Source: Octopus vulgaris
Lineage: Eukaryota
Length of the DNA: 13,341 nt
Reading direction: 5' to 3'
Assembly: GCA_951406725.2 (NCBI GenBank)
Contig: CATOCA020000051.1
Location: 1 to 13,341 of the forward strand
A program made the translations under genes and the position numbers. Of the stretch, positions 1-13,341 are shown piece after piece (within the stretch, counting starts at the first letter, position 1; each line of letters starts with the position of its first letter). The notes beneath the pieces are model-generated. The model ran no database searches. It had not been told where the DNA came from and saw only the letters and a program-made list of their open reading frames with translations.

Positions 1-10
1 TACATATACA

Positions 11-54
11 CAGTAATTTTCATTTTCGCCGAAACGCACATGGTGCAAAAATAA
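11..54 (+). promoter_or_regulatory. Candidate LINE internal Pol II promoter (Inr-like CAGT plus downstream GCACATGG element) and a 4-codon uORF (40-54)
   Basis: CAGT at 11-14 and ACGCACATGGTG ~25-30 nt downstream loosely resemble the Inr + downstream-element layout of invertebrate LINE promoters. ATG GTG CAA AAA TAA lies at 40-54 and is repeated at 417-431. Confidence 0.3.
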
Positions 55-770
55 CTGAATCAAGTTATCTCCTGCAAGAAAGAAAAAAGAAGCATCTCTC
101 CCGAAAAAAATCCCGTAAACCAAAAAAAAAAATTTTCCAGACCACATTGTTGGATTAAGTATCAATTTCATCTATTTCATATTTTATTTATTATTCTATT
201 TTATCTTTCACTTAGGCCCACATCTTAGTTAAAGTTGCGATCGTCATTTGGTTTGTTTACATTTTCAATAACTGTTCTCGATATAATAATTTTCCAGATA
301 CTCTATCTTCTAATTAGCCTTAAGATTAAATTAAATAACGTTTAATATTGATACCGTCAAATTAGCCTTAGGATTAAATTTAAATAACGTTTAATATAGT
401 TTTCGCCGAAACGCACATGGTGCAAAAATAACTGAATCAAGTTATCTCCTGCAAGAAAGAAAAAGAAGCATCTCTCCCGAAAAAAATCCCGTAAACCAAA
501 AAAATTATCCAGACCACATTGTTGGATTAAGTATCAATTTCATCTATTTCATATTTTATTTATTATTCTATTTTATCTTTCACTTAGGCCCACATCTTAG
601 TTAAAGTTGCGATCGTCATTTGGTTTGTTTACATTTTCAATAACTGTTCTCGATATAATAATTTTCCAGATACTCTATCTTCTAATTAGCCTTAAGATTA
701 AATTAAATAACGTTTAATATTGATACCGTCAAATTAGCCTTAGGATTAAATTAAATAACGTTTAATATAG
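23..770 (+). repeat. Tandem duplication of a ~375-bp unit (23-399 and 400-770)
   Basis: Both copies start TTTTCGCCGAAACGCACATGGTGC and end AACGTTTAATATAG. The differences I could find are in or next to A/T homopolymer runs (377 vs 371 bp). Confidence 0.95.
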
Positions 771-1700
771 TTTAATATTGTTAATAATTATTGTTAATTA
801 GCCTTAAGATTAAATTAAATAACGTTTAATATTGTTTTAATATTGTTAATAATTTTTCAGATACTCTATCTTCTAATTAGCCTTAAGATTAAATTAAATA
901 ACGTTTAATATTAATAACGTCTAATTAGCCTTAGGATTAAATTAAATAACGTTTAATATTGTTAATAATTATTGTTAATTAGCCTTAGGATTAAATTAAA
1001 TAACGTTTAATATTGTTAATAATTATTGTTAATTAGCCTTAGGATTAAATTAAATAACGTTTAATATTGTTTAATATTGTTAATAATTATTGTTAATTAG
1101 CCTTAAGATTAAATTAAATAACGTTTAATATTGTTTTAATATTGTTAATACTTCTTCAGATACTCTATCTTCTAATTAGCCTTAAGATTAAATTAAATAA
1201 CGTTTAATATTACCCACACTCTAATATAATATTAACATTGCTAATATATTTTCAGATACTCTATCTCCTGATTAGCCTTAAGATTAAATAACGTTTTTAT
1301 CCACACTCTAATATAATATTAATATTGCTAATATATTTTCAGATACTCTATCTTCTAATTAGCCTTAAGATTAAATTAAATAACGTTTAATATTAATAAC
1401 GTCTAATTAGCCTTAAGATTAAATTAAATAACGTTTAATATTACCCACACTCTAATATAATATTAATATTGCTAATATATTTTCAGATACTCTATCTCCA
1501 AATTAGCCTTAAGATTAAATAACGTTTTTTTTTACCCACACTCTAATATAATATTAATATTGCTAATATATTTTCAGATACTCTATCTCCTAATTAGCCT
1601 TAAGATTAAATAACGTTTTTACCCAAATAACGTTTTTACACAAACTTTAATATTGTTAATATTTCTTTTTCAAGTACTCTATCTTCTAATTAGCCTTAAT
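291..1700 (+). repeat. Complex AT-rich minisatellite with core TAATTAGCCTTA(A/G)GATTAAATTAAATAACGTTTAATATT, 17 copies; probably the LINE 5' UTR
   Basis: TTAGCCTTA occurs at about 314, 362, 686, 734, 798, 877, 925, 979, 1033, 1097, 1176, 1272, 1359, 1407, 1503, 1594 and 1690. Recurring spacings are 48, 54, 64, 79 and ~87-96 bp. The last copy is ~70 bp upstream of the ORF1 ATG. Confidence 0.92.
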
Positions 1701-1760
1701 ATCTTCCTGTCTTCTCTCGAACATAATTAGATAGATAAACGGATAGACGGATTATCCAGC

Positions 1761-2672
1761 ATGTCCAGAGCATGGAGACGTGACGAGCTGGATTTATTCG
1801 TACGAGCATGGGAGTGCGCCGGCGGAGATAGCCCTAGCGAGGTGATTGCGGCTGCGCTGAAGAGCAGAGGCTACAAGAGGACAGCGGCTCAGATGGAGCG
1901 AAAGAGACAGGAATTCGTGCGCTCATATGCGCTTGTACGGTCGCACATTGGCGCACTTGATGCCATCTTTGAGAACGAGCGGGGCAAAGATGGCAAGAAT
2001 GGAGACGATGAAAGAAGTCACCCCCACCTGGTGGACGCCCAGGAGGAGGTTTTGAATGAGAAACCTGCCCGGGAAGTGAACCCAGGTGCAAGTTCTCCAA
2101 CCGGCAGCAAGGGCCATGGAGACGGAGAACCCGGTGAAGAGGTAGAGGGAGGAAGAAGAACTAAAAGAAGGACTGGAAGAGCTAAAGGAAAAGAAAAAGC
2201 TCAAGCAGGACCAAAGAGTGAAACAACCAGGAGTAGAAGTGGAACCGCAAAGGATGGAACCAAACAGCGCACACGGGTGTGTATGTTCTACCTGAGAGGT
2301 TCCTGCTGGCACGGAAAGGAAGGTGCAGGCTGCCGCTTTGCACATCGGGGACCCTGCCACAGAGACACGAGGCAGATGGACAAACCATCAACACAAAGAA
2401 AAGGGATGGACTACGCACCACCTGCCCCAAAGCGGAGGTACGCAGATGTTGTGCGCGCCACAAACAGCCAACATGATGTTGTCGAAAGAGCAGCTGCTGA
2501 GCAACAATCTTTTTTGTGCATGGCACAAAAGATTGTACAGCAGCTGACCTGGCTTCATCAAACCCAAGCCCGCAGGTGGGACTACCCACTATATACCAGA
2601 CCACCACAGCAAACAGACACAGGATGGACACCGCCGGCAACAACGTACACCTCACCTCGATACTCCTACTGA
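1761..2672 (+). CDS. LINE ORF1 protein (303 aa): N-terminal Myb/SANT-like (trihelix-type) domain, charged linker, CCCH zinc finger, Pro/Thr/Gln-rich tail
   Basis: Intact ORF immediately upstream of and overlapping ORF2. Residues 5-56 read WRRDELDLFVRAW...IAAALKSRGYKRTAAQMERKRQEFVRSY. A C-x7-C-x8-C-x3-H motif (CMFYLRGSCWHGKEGAGCRFAH) is at nt 2280-2345. There are basic NLS-like tracts (RRTKRR, PKRR) and a YADVV motif. Confidence 0.85.
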   Translation: MSRAWRRDELDLFVRAWECAGGDSPSEVIAAALKSRGYKRTAAQMERKRQEFVRSYALVRSHIGALDAIFENERGKDGKNGDDERSHPHLVDAQEEVLNEKPAREVNPGASSPTGSKGHGDGEPGEEVEGGRRTKRRTGRAKGKEKAQAGPKSETTRSRSGTAKDGTKQRTRVCMFYLRGSCWHGKEGAGCRFAHRGPCHRDTRQMDKPSTQRKGMDYAPPAPKRRYADVVRATNSQHDVVERAAAEQQSFLCMAQKIVQQLTWLHQTQARRWDYPLYTRPPQQTDTGWTPPATTYTSPRYSY

Positions 2673-3403
2673 ACATCAGAGGACTGCAAACACTCAGTAA
2701 CAGGACAAAGATCCCGTTCCTGAGAGACTTTGTTGCATGCAATCAAGCCTTATGCATAGCACTTACAGAAACGCACCTGAAACCGGACATAGCAGATGCG
2801 GAGTTACACATACCACAGTATGCTGTACTACGGACCGACAGGAAAGAAAGGAGTCATGGAGGTGTTGCTATGTACATCCGTGAGGACCTCACACCCCAGG
2901 TCCTCTTGTCATACTCAAACTCGGTGTGTGACACACTAATTGTACATATTAGGCAACTTGATGTAGTTGTGTGTGCTACATATCGCCCTCCAGATGCCCC
3001 AAGCCATGTGGGCAAGTTTGAAGACTGCCTTATAAAAATAGAAGAAATTCTAACCACATTAGAACAACACATAGGTGTGCTTCTTATGGGAGACTTCAAT
3101 CTGCCCAATGTCAGATGGCCCGAGGGCCTTTCTCTCCCAGGAATGACAAGATGTGAACGAGGACAGGCGAGGTCCCTCCTGAACCTCATCAACACCCTGT
3201 ACATGGAGCAGGTAATACTCCAACCAACCAGGGCAGGTAACACACTGGATCTCTGCTTCACAAATGACATGGATCTCATCCATAATGTGAAAGTGACACC
3301 GACACTACTCTCGGATCACAACATGATAGAGCTGACCATGTACGGGCCAAAAGAGAGCACGGACATGCAGCCTACAAGAAACCTCAAAATCTTTCCAGCT
3401 TGA
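2624..3403 (+). CDS. ORF2 N-terminal fragment: apurinic/apyrimidinic-like (APE/EEP) endonuclease domain
   Basis: Motifs LLNIRGL, LTETHL, DRKERSHGGVAMYI, YRPP, GDFNLP, PTRAGNTLDL and SDH are all present in the expected order. The frame is open from 2501. Confidence 0.92.
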   Translation: MDTAGNNVHLTSILLLNIRGLQTLSNRTKIPFLRDFVACNQALCIALTETHLKPDIADAELHIPQYAVLRTDRKERSHGGVAMYIREDLTPQVLLSYSNSVCDTLIVHIRQLDVVVCATYRPPDAPSHVGKFEDCLIKIEEILTTLEQHIGVLLMGDFNLPNVRWPEGLSLPGMTRCERGQARSLLNLINTLYMEQVILQPTRAGNTLDLCFTNDMDLIHNVKVTPTLLSDHNMIELTMYGPKESTDMQPTRNLKIFPA

Positions 3404-5364
3404 ACTACCATAAGGCAAACTGGAAACAAATTGAGAAAGAGATCCTCAAACAAAACTGGCCTAAATGTCTCTCCTCGCCAGACATCGACGTGAAACTTCA
3501 ACAATTCATGTCTGTAATGCAAGCCATATGCTACAAATGTGTCCCAGAGAGAAAGGCCACTGTACACAAGAACAAAATCCCCAGAGAGAGGAAAATTTTA
3601 ATGAGACGGCGTACGAAATTTTCAAATCGCCTAAACAAACAGATTGAAAGCAGTGAAAAGTCCCGCCTAAAAATAAAACTGTTGGAAATCGAAAAATGTC
3701 TGCAACTCTCCCATGAAAAAGAAAGAGCAGACAAAGAAGCCTGGGCTATAGAAAACATAAAATCTAACCCCAGAGCTTTCTACAGGTATGCCAAAGAAAC
3801 AGCTACAGTGCACTGTAGAATAGGGCCACTCCTTGAAAAGGATGGCACACTTACAGGAAAACCAATGAGGGTAAGTGAAATACTGAATGAGCAATTCAAG
3901 AGTGTTTTCACTCCACCCCTTGGGCATCTCCAAATCACCAATCCAACTGACTTTTTTACCACTGCAGATATAAAATCAGAGGCGGCGACGATAGATTACA
4001 TCGATATAAAGGAAGACGATGTAACCAAGGCTATAGATGAAATGAAAACAGACTCAGCTACTGGCCCCGATGGATTCCCGGCAATCCTCCTAAAAGCATG
4101 TAAGAGAGTCCTAGCAAGACCACTGCAGTTCCTCTTTCAGAGCTTCCTTGCAGCTGGCAAACTTCCAGGAAAACTGAAGGAAGGTAAAATATGCCCCATT
4201 CATAAAGGAGGTAGCAGAGCGGAAGCCAAGAACTATAGACCTATCTCTCTGACCTCACACATCAGCAAGGTCATGGAACGAATAGTCAGAAGGAAGCTGA
4301 TCACCTTCCTTGAAGAGAATGACTTGCTGCCCGACACCCAACATGGTTTCCGACCAGGGAGAAGCTGTTTAACTCAGCTCCTACAACACTATGACTGGGT
4401 GCTGAAACGGCTGCTCAACCACTCAAATGTGGAAGTGATATATCTCGACTTTGCAAAGGCCTTTGATAAAGTCGATCATGGAATGATATGTCACAAACTG
4501 CGTGATCTCAACATAGTTGGAAAACTGGGAGAATGGCTTCATGACTTTCTGAAGGATAGAAGTCAGGTGGTAGTAGCCAATGGGGCCACCTCCATTAACA
4601 CACAAATAGTGAGCGGTGTTCCGCAGGGCACTGTTCTGGGACCACTACTGTTCATAATGGCCCTCTCAGACATGCCCTCAGCCACGCAGAGAGCCACGAT
4701 CACAAGTTATGCAGATGATACAAAAGTCTCACAGGCAATACAGAACCCTGAGGACACTAAACACCTGCAATGTGAGCTGGACGAAATATACAAGTGGGCT
4801 GAAAAGAATAGCATGCAGTTCAATGCTGGAAAGTTTCAAGCTTTATACTATCAGCATGCAAAACTGAATGCAATACCCAATGAATACACTGGACCCGGAG
4901 GGATTGCAATCCCAGAGGCACAATCAGTGCGTGACCTGGGTATTCACATGAGTGATGACGCGACCTTTCATGTACATGTTGCTAAACTGACAATGAAATG
5001 TAGACGGCTGGCTGGATGGATTCTTAGAACCTTTAGAACAAGAGAACAAGAAACCATGATGGTCCTCTGGAAGACACTTGTCCTAAGCCACTTTGACTAT
5101 TGCTCTCAGCTATGGTCACCATCCAGTGTCAAGTTGATCACAGAACTTGAGGCGATCCAACGAAGCTACACAAAGAAGATAGCCTCTATGCAGAATGTAA
5201 GCTACTGGGAAAGACTCAAGAGATTAAAATTATATTCCCTGGAGCGTAGGCGGGAAAGATATGCCATAATATACATCTGGAAGATCCTGGAGGGAAGTGT
5301 CCTGAACTTTGGCATCGAGAGTTACGCAAATGCCAGAACTGGGCGGCCACTGCGTGGTGCCTAG
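3382..5364 (+). CDS. ORF2 central fragment: non-LTR reverse transcriptase
   Basis: Motifs NYHKANW, TGPDG, NYRPISLTS, QHGFRPGRSC, YLDFAKAFDKVDH, SGVPQGTVLGPLLF, YADD (nt 4708-4719) and RDLGI. The annotated start at 3400 is TTG, so this is not an independent gene. Confidence 0.95.
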   Translation, partial: PQNLSSLNYHKANWKQIEKEILKQNWPKCLSSPDIDVKLQQFMSVMQAICYKCVPERKATVHKNKIPRERKILMRRRTKFSNRLNKQIESSEKSRLKIKLLEIEKCLQLSHEKERADKEAWAIENIKSNPRAFYRYAKETATVHCRIGPLLEKDGTLTGKPMRVSEILNEQFKSVFTPPLGHLQITNPTDFFTTADIKSEAATIDYIDIKEDDVTKAIDEMKTDSATGPDGFPAILLKACKRVLARPLQFLFQSFLAAGKLPGKLKEGKICPIHKGGSRAEAKNYRPISLTSHISKVMERIVRRKLITFLEENDLLPDTQHGFRPGRSCLTQLLQHYDWVLKRLLNHSNVEVIYLDFAKAFDKVDHGMICHKLRDLNIVGKLGEWLHDFLKDRSQVVVANGATSINTQIVSGVPQGTVLGPLLFIMALSDMPSATQRATITSYADDTKVSQAIQNPEDTKHLQCELDEIYKWAEKNSMQFNAGKFQALYYQHAKLNAIPNEYTGPGGIAIPEAQSVRDLGIHMSDDATFHVHVAKLTMKCRRLAGWILRTFRTREQETMMVLWKTLVLSHFDYCSQLWSPSSVKLITELEAIQRSYTKKIASMQNVSYWERLKRLKLYSLERRRERYAIIYIWKILEGSVLNFGIESYANARTGRPLRGA

Positions 5365-5620
5365 GACTCCAAACCTGCCATCAAGATGTAGGACAAGATT
5401 CTGTGATAGCCTGGGCTTCCGAGGCCCACAGCTCTTCAATATCCTCCCGAAGAACCTGAGAGACCTGCATGGGGTGGATACAGATGTCTTTAAAATGAAG
5501 CTGGATCTCTTCCTGTCAGGTGTCCCAGATGAACCAACTTCACGGCAGGAGGGGCAGATGAGGGCAGCTGCATCGAACTCTCTCATGCACCAAATAGCAG
5601 TTGCTAGAAAGCCTCCATGA
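5348..5620 (+). CDS. ORF2 C-terminal fragment after the +1 frameshift
   Basis: HCVVP...[16 protein letters not shown]...[16 protein letters not shown]...SNSL matches the 'FNxLP...FKxxLD' end of CR1-group ORF2. The TGA stop is at 5618-5620. Confidence 0.8.
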   Translation, partial: HCVVPRTPNLPSRCRTRFCDSLGFRGPQLFNILPKNLRDLHGVDTDVFKMKLDLFLSGVPDEPTSRQEGQMRAAASNSLMHQIAVARKPP

Positions 5621-5645
5621 AGTGAAACCAAGTAGCAACACCAAA

Positions 5646-5681
5646 TGGCGGTGCCCCAGCATGGCCACAGCTCATAAGCTG
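5646..5681 (+). other. LINE 3' UTR twin stem-loops (putative ORF2 recognition signal)
   Basis: TGGC-G-GTGC-ccca-GCAT-G-GCCA (5646-5667) and CAGCT-cata-AGCTG (5668-5681) lie directly before GAAACTAG and the tail. Confidence 0.65.
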
Positions 5682-5688
5682 AAACTAG

Positions 5689-5712
5689 AATCAATCAATC
5701 AATCAATCAATC
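5689..5712 (+). repeat. (AATC)6 LINE 3' terminal microsatellite tail
   Basis: Six perfect AATC units lie between the 3' UTR and the TA array. Confidence 0.95.
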
Positions 5713-12511
<6,799 letters not shown>

Positions 12512-12702
12512 GACTACAAAATTAGAGAATGGAGAAACATACTTAAATCAGTAAAACATCAACTATCCGATGATACTCAATCCATACTTTAATACACCAT
12601 TACATATGAGTAAAGGCAATATATAAAATGAAATGAGATATACAGTAATAGTAAAAGTAAAAAGATAAAGAGATATAAGTAAAAAATTTCAAATATAATA
12701 TG

Positions 12703-12840
12703 CAAATAAATCAAAACTGACAGCTGTTTCGGCAGTGAGGACAGTCATACCTCATTTAACCTATAAGCCATAAAGGCAGGTATAAATGAGGCATTAACAA
12801 GGATGCCCCACGGCCTCTTCAGAGAATTAAATTAAATTTG
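12703..12840 (-). ncRNA. Type I hammerhead ribozyme (Penelope/retrozyme-like) with extended stem II
   Basis: The minus strand reads ...AAUUCU-CUGAAGA(12822-12816)-GGC...GCC(stem II, 12815-12731)-GAAA(12730-12727)-C-AGCU-GUC^AG.... All conserved core nucleotides are present, including the G10.1-C11.1 and A15.1-U16.1 pairs. Predicted cleavage is between 12719 and 12718. Stem I is imperfect. Confidence 0.8.
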
Positions 12841-13172
12841 TTATAATAGTGAAAAATATATAATCATATACATATAAATATAAAAATATAAAAATGTAAA
12901 ATATAAAAACTTATACATCATAATGCTACACTTATATAATATAATACACATTTGTACAAAAAGGAAGGTAAACAGAACAAAATAAAACAAAATATATAAC
13001 AGTGTATATATTAATATTAATAAGTACCGATATTATACATATTTGGCTAATAGTTTTTTTTTTATAAAAAAAAAAAAAAAAAGGGCTAACACATATGGAG
13101 ATGAAAAATAATAATTAAATCCGTGGTACAGTTCATAAAATTCTAAAGCTATAAAAGTTAATAAAAATTACT

Positions 13173-13174
<2 letters not shown>

Positions 13175-13219
<45 letters not shown>

Positions 13220-13231
13220 TAATAATAATAA
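13175..13231. repeat. (TAA)n microsatellite
   Basis: (TAA)14 at 13175-13216, then AAA, then (TAA)4. Confidence 0.95.
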
Positions 13232-13341
13232 AAAATACTAAAAATAGATACAGTTAAGTTAGCACCAAGTCCATCCTTTCAAGATCGAAATAACTATGAG
13301 TTAAGAAATGCTGACCACTAGGTAAAGAAAATTTAGATTAA

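Larger units (their letters stand above)
2624..5620 (+). pseudogene. LINE ORF2 (APE endonuclease + reverse transcriptase), ~998 aa when repaired; interrupted by two single-base frameshifts (~3380 and ~5347)
   Basis: Three consecutive ORF pieces (2516-3403, 3400-5364, 5309-5620) join into one colinear protein with no other in-frame stops. The first ATG before the APE motif is at 2624 (MDTAGNNVHLTSILLLNIRGL). Confidence 0.9.
11..5712 (+). mobile_element. Near full-length non-LTR retrotransposon (LINE, APE+RT type, CR1-group-like). The 3' end is firm; the 5' boundary is tentative (coding core 1761-5620)
   Basis: ORF1 is followed by an overlapping ORF2 with an APE endonuclease then an RT, a short 3' UTR and an (AATC)6 tail ending at 5712. 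The C-terminal motifs DYCSQLWSP, LEAIQR and SYWERLKRLKLYSLERRR are typical of CR1-group ORF2. The 5' limit is inferred from the CAGT at 11, just after a TA-like 'tacatataca', and from the almost ATG-free leader. Confidence 0.9.

Noticed and set aside
362-1045. TTAGG telomere-like pentamers in some monomers
   Set aside because: Isolated single pentamers arising from an A/G variant of CCTTAAG, never tandem.
291-1700. CRISPR-like appearance (conserved ~40-bp repeat with variable spacers)
   Set aside because: The spacers are themselves repetitive and related, their lengths are irregular, there are no cas genes, and the context is eukaryotic.
2516-2623. ORF-track start of the endonuclease ORF at 2516
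   Set aside because: It is a GTG codon. The first ATG in this frame is at 2624, and the upstream part matters only if frameshifting occurs.
1834-5694. Minus-strand and short alternative-frame ORFs within the LINE (e.g. 1923-2360, 2182-2742, 2854-3279, 5230-5694)
   Set aside because: Shadow ORFs of the real coding frames, with no recognisable motifs.
12560-12600. CCGATGA as a possible second (plus-strand) hammerhead core
   Set aside because: It deviates from CUGANGA, and I could not find a paired stem II followed by GAAA and a cleavage triplet.
12841-13341. Possible Penelope GIY-YIG/RT coding remnant upstream of the hammerhead on the minus strand
   Set aside because: The sequence is low-complexity and AT-rich, with no ORF or recognisable motif in the window.

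Overview
Eukaryotic, AT-rich, repeat-dominated window. I infer an invertebrate host, and the retroelement 3' tails resemble those I recall from octopus. Most of the first 5.7 kb is a near full-length + strand non-LTR retrotransposon (LINE, CR1-group-like). It has a probable 1.75 kb tandem-repeat 5' leader, then ORF1 (1761-2672) with an N-terminal Myb/SANT-like (trihelix-type) domain and a CCCH zinc finger. An overlapping APE-endonuclease/reverse-transcriptase ORF2 (~2624-5620) is broken only by two 1-nt frameshifts, and is followed by a two-hairpin 3' UTR and an (AATC)6 tail. The element abuts a ~6.8 kb G-interrupted (TA)n array (5713-12511), which contains an 85-bp insert sharing the LINE's 3' recognition motifs. 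The best hidden signal is in the right flank: a complete minus-strand type I hammerhead ribozyme core (CUGAAGA...GAAAC-AGCU-GUC, ~12703-12840) with a palindromic stem III and a very long (85 nt) stem II. An in-phase U_UUU_UUG site at the start of the ORF1/ORF2 overlap suggests possible -1 frameshifting. All long Ile/Tyr ORFs are microsatellite artefacts.
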